The translations under genes and the position numbers were made by a program. A stretch of DNA of 64,000 bases. Origin: an uncultured Bacteroidales bacterium. GTDB lineage: Bacteria > Bacteroidota > Bacteroidia > Bacteroidales > UBA3824. Positions 63,012-64,000 of this stretch are shown in pieces; the stretch's first letter is position 1; each line of letters begins with the position of its first letter. The notes beneath the pieces are model-generated. The model was given only the letters and a program-made list of their open reading frames with translations, ran no database searches and was not told where the DNA came from. The DNA lies in the NCBI GenBank assembly GCA_946624925.1, contig CAMOSO010000069.1, positions 14,170-78,169 on the forward strand. The letters run 5' to 3'.

Positions 63012-64000
63012 ATGTTGCCCACAAAAGAGGACATAAAGACCGAGTTTAAGAGTTGCACAAATGCCATAAGCCATTCTGTGTACGAGACGGTATGTTCGTT
63101 TTTGAACCATTCGGGCGGCACGATTTATTTAGGCGTTAACGACGACGGCATCATTGAGGGCGTTAATGAAGCACAGGCAGAAACATTAAAGAAAAATCTT
63201 ATAACATCCTTCAATAACAAAAACTTGTTTGTTCCCGTGCCGTACATTATGCCTGAAATTCAGCGAATTGACGACAAAACAATAATTGTAATTAATGTCC
63301 AACCTGGTCAATATGCATACAGTTATAAAAAACGTTTTTGGGATAGAAACGGAGATGCCGACATTGATATTACGGAACACTCAGAATTGTTACTCAACCT
63401 TTTTGAAAGGAAAAATCCGCACATATTTGAAGAGAGATTTGTAGAAGGTCTTGCACTAAAACATCTTGATACAGATACATTTAATTATTGCCGTAATCTT
63501 GTCAGAGTAAAAAATCCCAATCATATTTGGCTGCAAATGTCCGACGAAGAGTTGCTATTATCATGCCGACTTGCCGAAAAACACAATCAAAAGTTACAGA
63601 TTAGGTATGCGGCGCTGTTGATTTTTGGAACTGACGAAGCTATTGAAACTTTTTTGCCGAGATACAGATACGAAGCGTTGTATCATTTGTGTACGTGGCA
63701 ACAGTATGAACGTAACGAATTTACCGACAATCGTTACGACGACCGCAAAACCCTGCGTTGCAACCTTATCAAAGTTTATGGTGAGTTGCAAAAATTTGTT
63801 GCATTGCATCTCCCCGACAAGTTTTACCTGCCGTCAGGAAGTGCACGACGAGAGGATGTTAGAGGGGCGTTGATGCGAGAGTTGATAGGCAACATTTGTG
63901 TCCACACCGATTATAGTTTGGGCTTTGCGTGTTTCTTTGAGATTTTTAAAGATAGGGTTGTTACTAAAAATGTTACGCGACTTGTGCCTACAATGAACGA
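63012..64000 (+). CDS. AlbA_2/Schlafen-like 'divergent AAA' putative DNA/RNA-binding ATPase (5' part; runs off the right edge)
   Basis: Not in the ORF track. My own translation is MLPTKEDIKTEFKSCTNAISHSVYETVCSFLNHSGGTIYLGVNDDGIIEGVNEAQAETLKKNLITSF...IIVINVQPG. This is the typical AlbA_2 N-terminal domain (E.K......i....sAflNt.GG.i.iGv.D.G.i.G). It is followed by LMRELIGNICVHTDYS. Confidence 0.6.
   Translation, partial: MLPTKEDIKTEFKSCTNAISHSVYETVCSFLNHSGGTIYLGVNDDGIIEGVNEAQAETLKKNLITSFNNKNLFVPVPYIMPEIQRIDDKTIIVINVQPGQYAYSYKKRFWDRNGDADIDITEHSELLLNLFERKNPHIFEERFVEGLALKHLDTDTFNYCRNLVRVKNPNHIWLQMSDEELLLSCRLAEKHNQKLQIRYAALLIFGTDEAIETFLPRYRYEALYHLCTWQQYERNEFTDNRYDDRKTLRCNLIKVYGELQKFVALHLPDKFYLPSGSARREDVRGALMRELIGNICVHTDYSLGFACFFEIFKDRVVTKNVTRLVPTMN

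Overview
The window looks like a chromosomal segment from a Bacteroidota, probably Bacteroidales-type, genome. The evidence for that placement is: TAnnTTTG -7 promoter boxes upstream of many genes, a ribosomal protein THX gene, ftsK-lolA synteny, an lptC/coaX envelope cluster, a type-B T9SS C-terminal sorting domain, BspA-type LRR and FGE-domain surface lipoproteins, and an Rpn/PD-(D/E)XK 'transposase'. No rRNA, tRNA or CRISPR array was found. Most of the window is densely packed housekeeping: uvrB, ftsK, lolA, HU, THX, RNase G, rimO, rluA-like, rarA, coaX, coaE, lptC and an oadGAB Na+-decarboxylase operon. Unusual items:
1. A SPOR protein followed by two repeat-expanded FloA-like flotillin paralogs and a CAP-domain lipoprotein.
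2. A SiaB/SiaC-type partner-switching pair in which the kinase domain is duplicated, with a SiaA-like PP2C phosphatase 26 kb away.
3. An orphan small protein whose layout resembles the EACC1 conflict-system component, between rng and rimO.
4. An orphan methyl-accepting chemotaxis protein next to a Cys-rich small protein.
5. An OadA with two near-identical biotinyl domains.
6. Two compositionally mosaic surface lipoprotein genes downstream of the Rpn gene.
7. A frameshifted outer-membrane barrel gene in an MMPL/LolA-like cluster.
8. A low-GC segment from about 58.1 kb to the right edge. It holds an HsdR N-terminal remnant, a TonB-dependent receptor/ABC exporter operon with a roughly 330-nt structured leader, and an AlbA_2/Schlafen-like gene.
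9. Recurring non-coding repeat families: period-7 AT-rich microsatellites and GC-rich REP-like hairpins.
All functional calls come from reading the translated ORFs and recalling family motifs. No database search was run.
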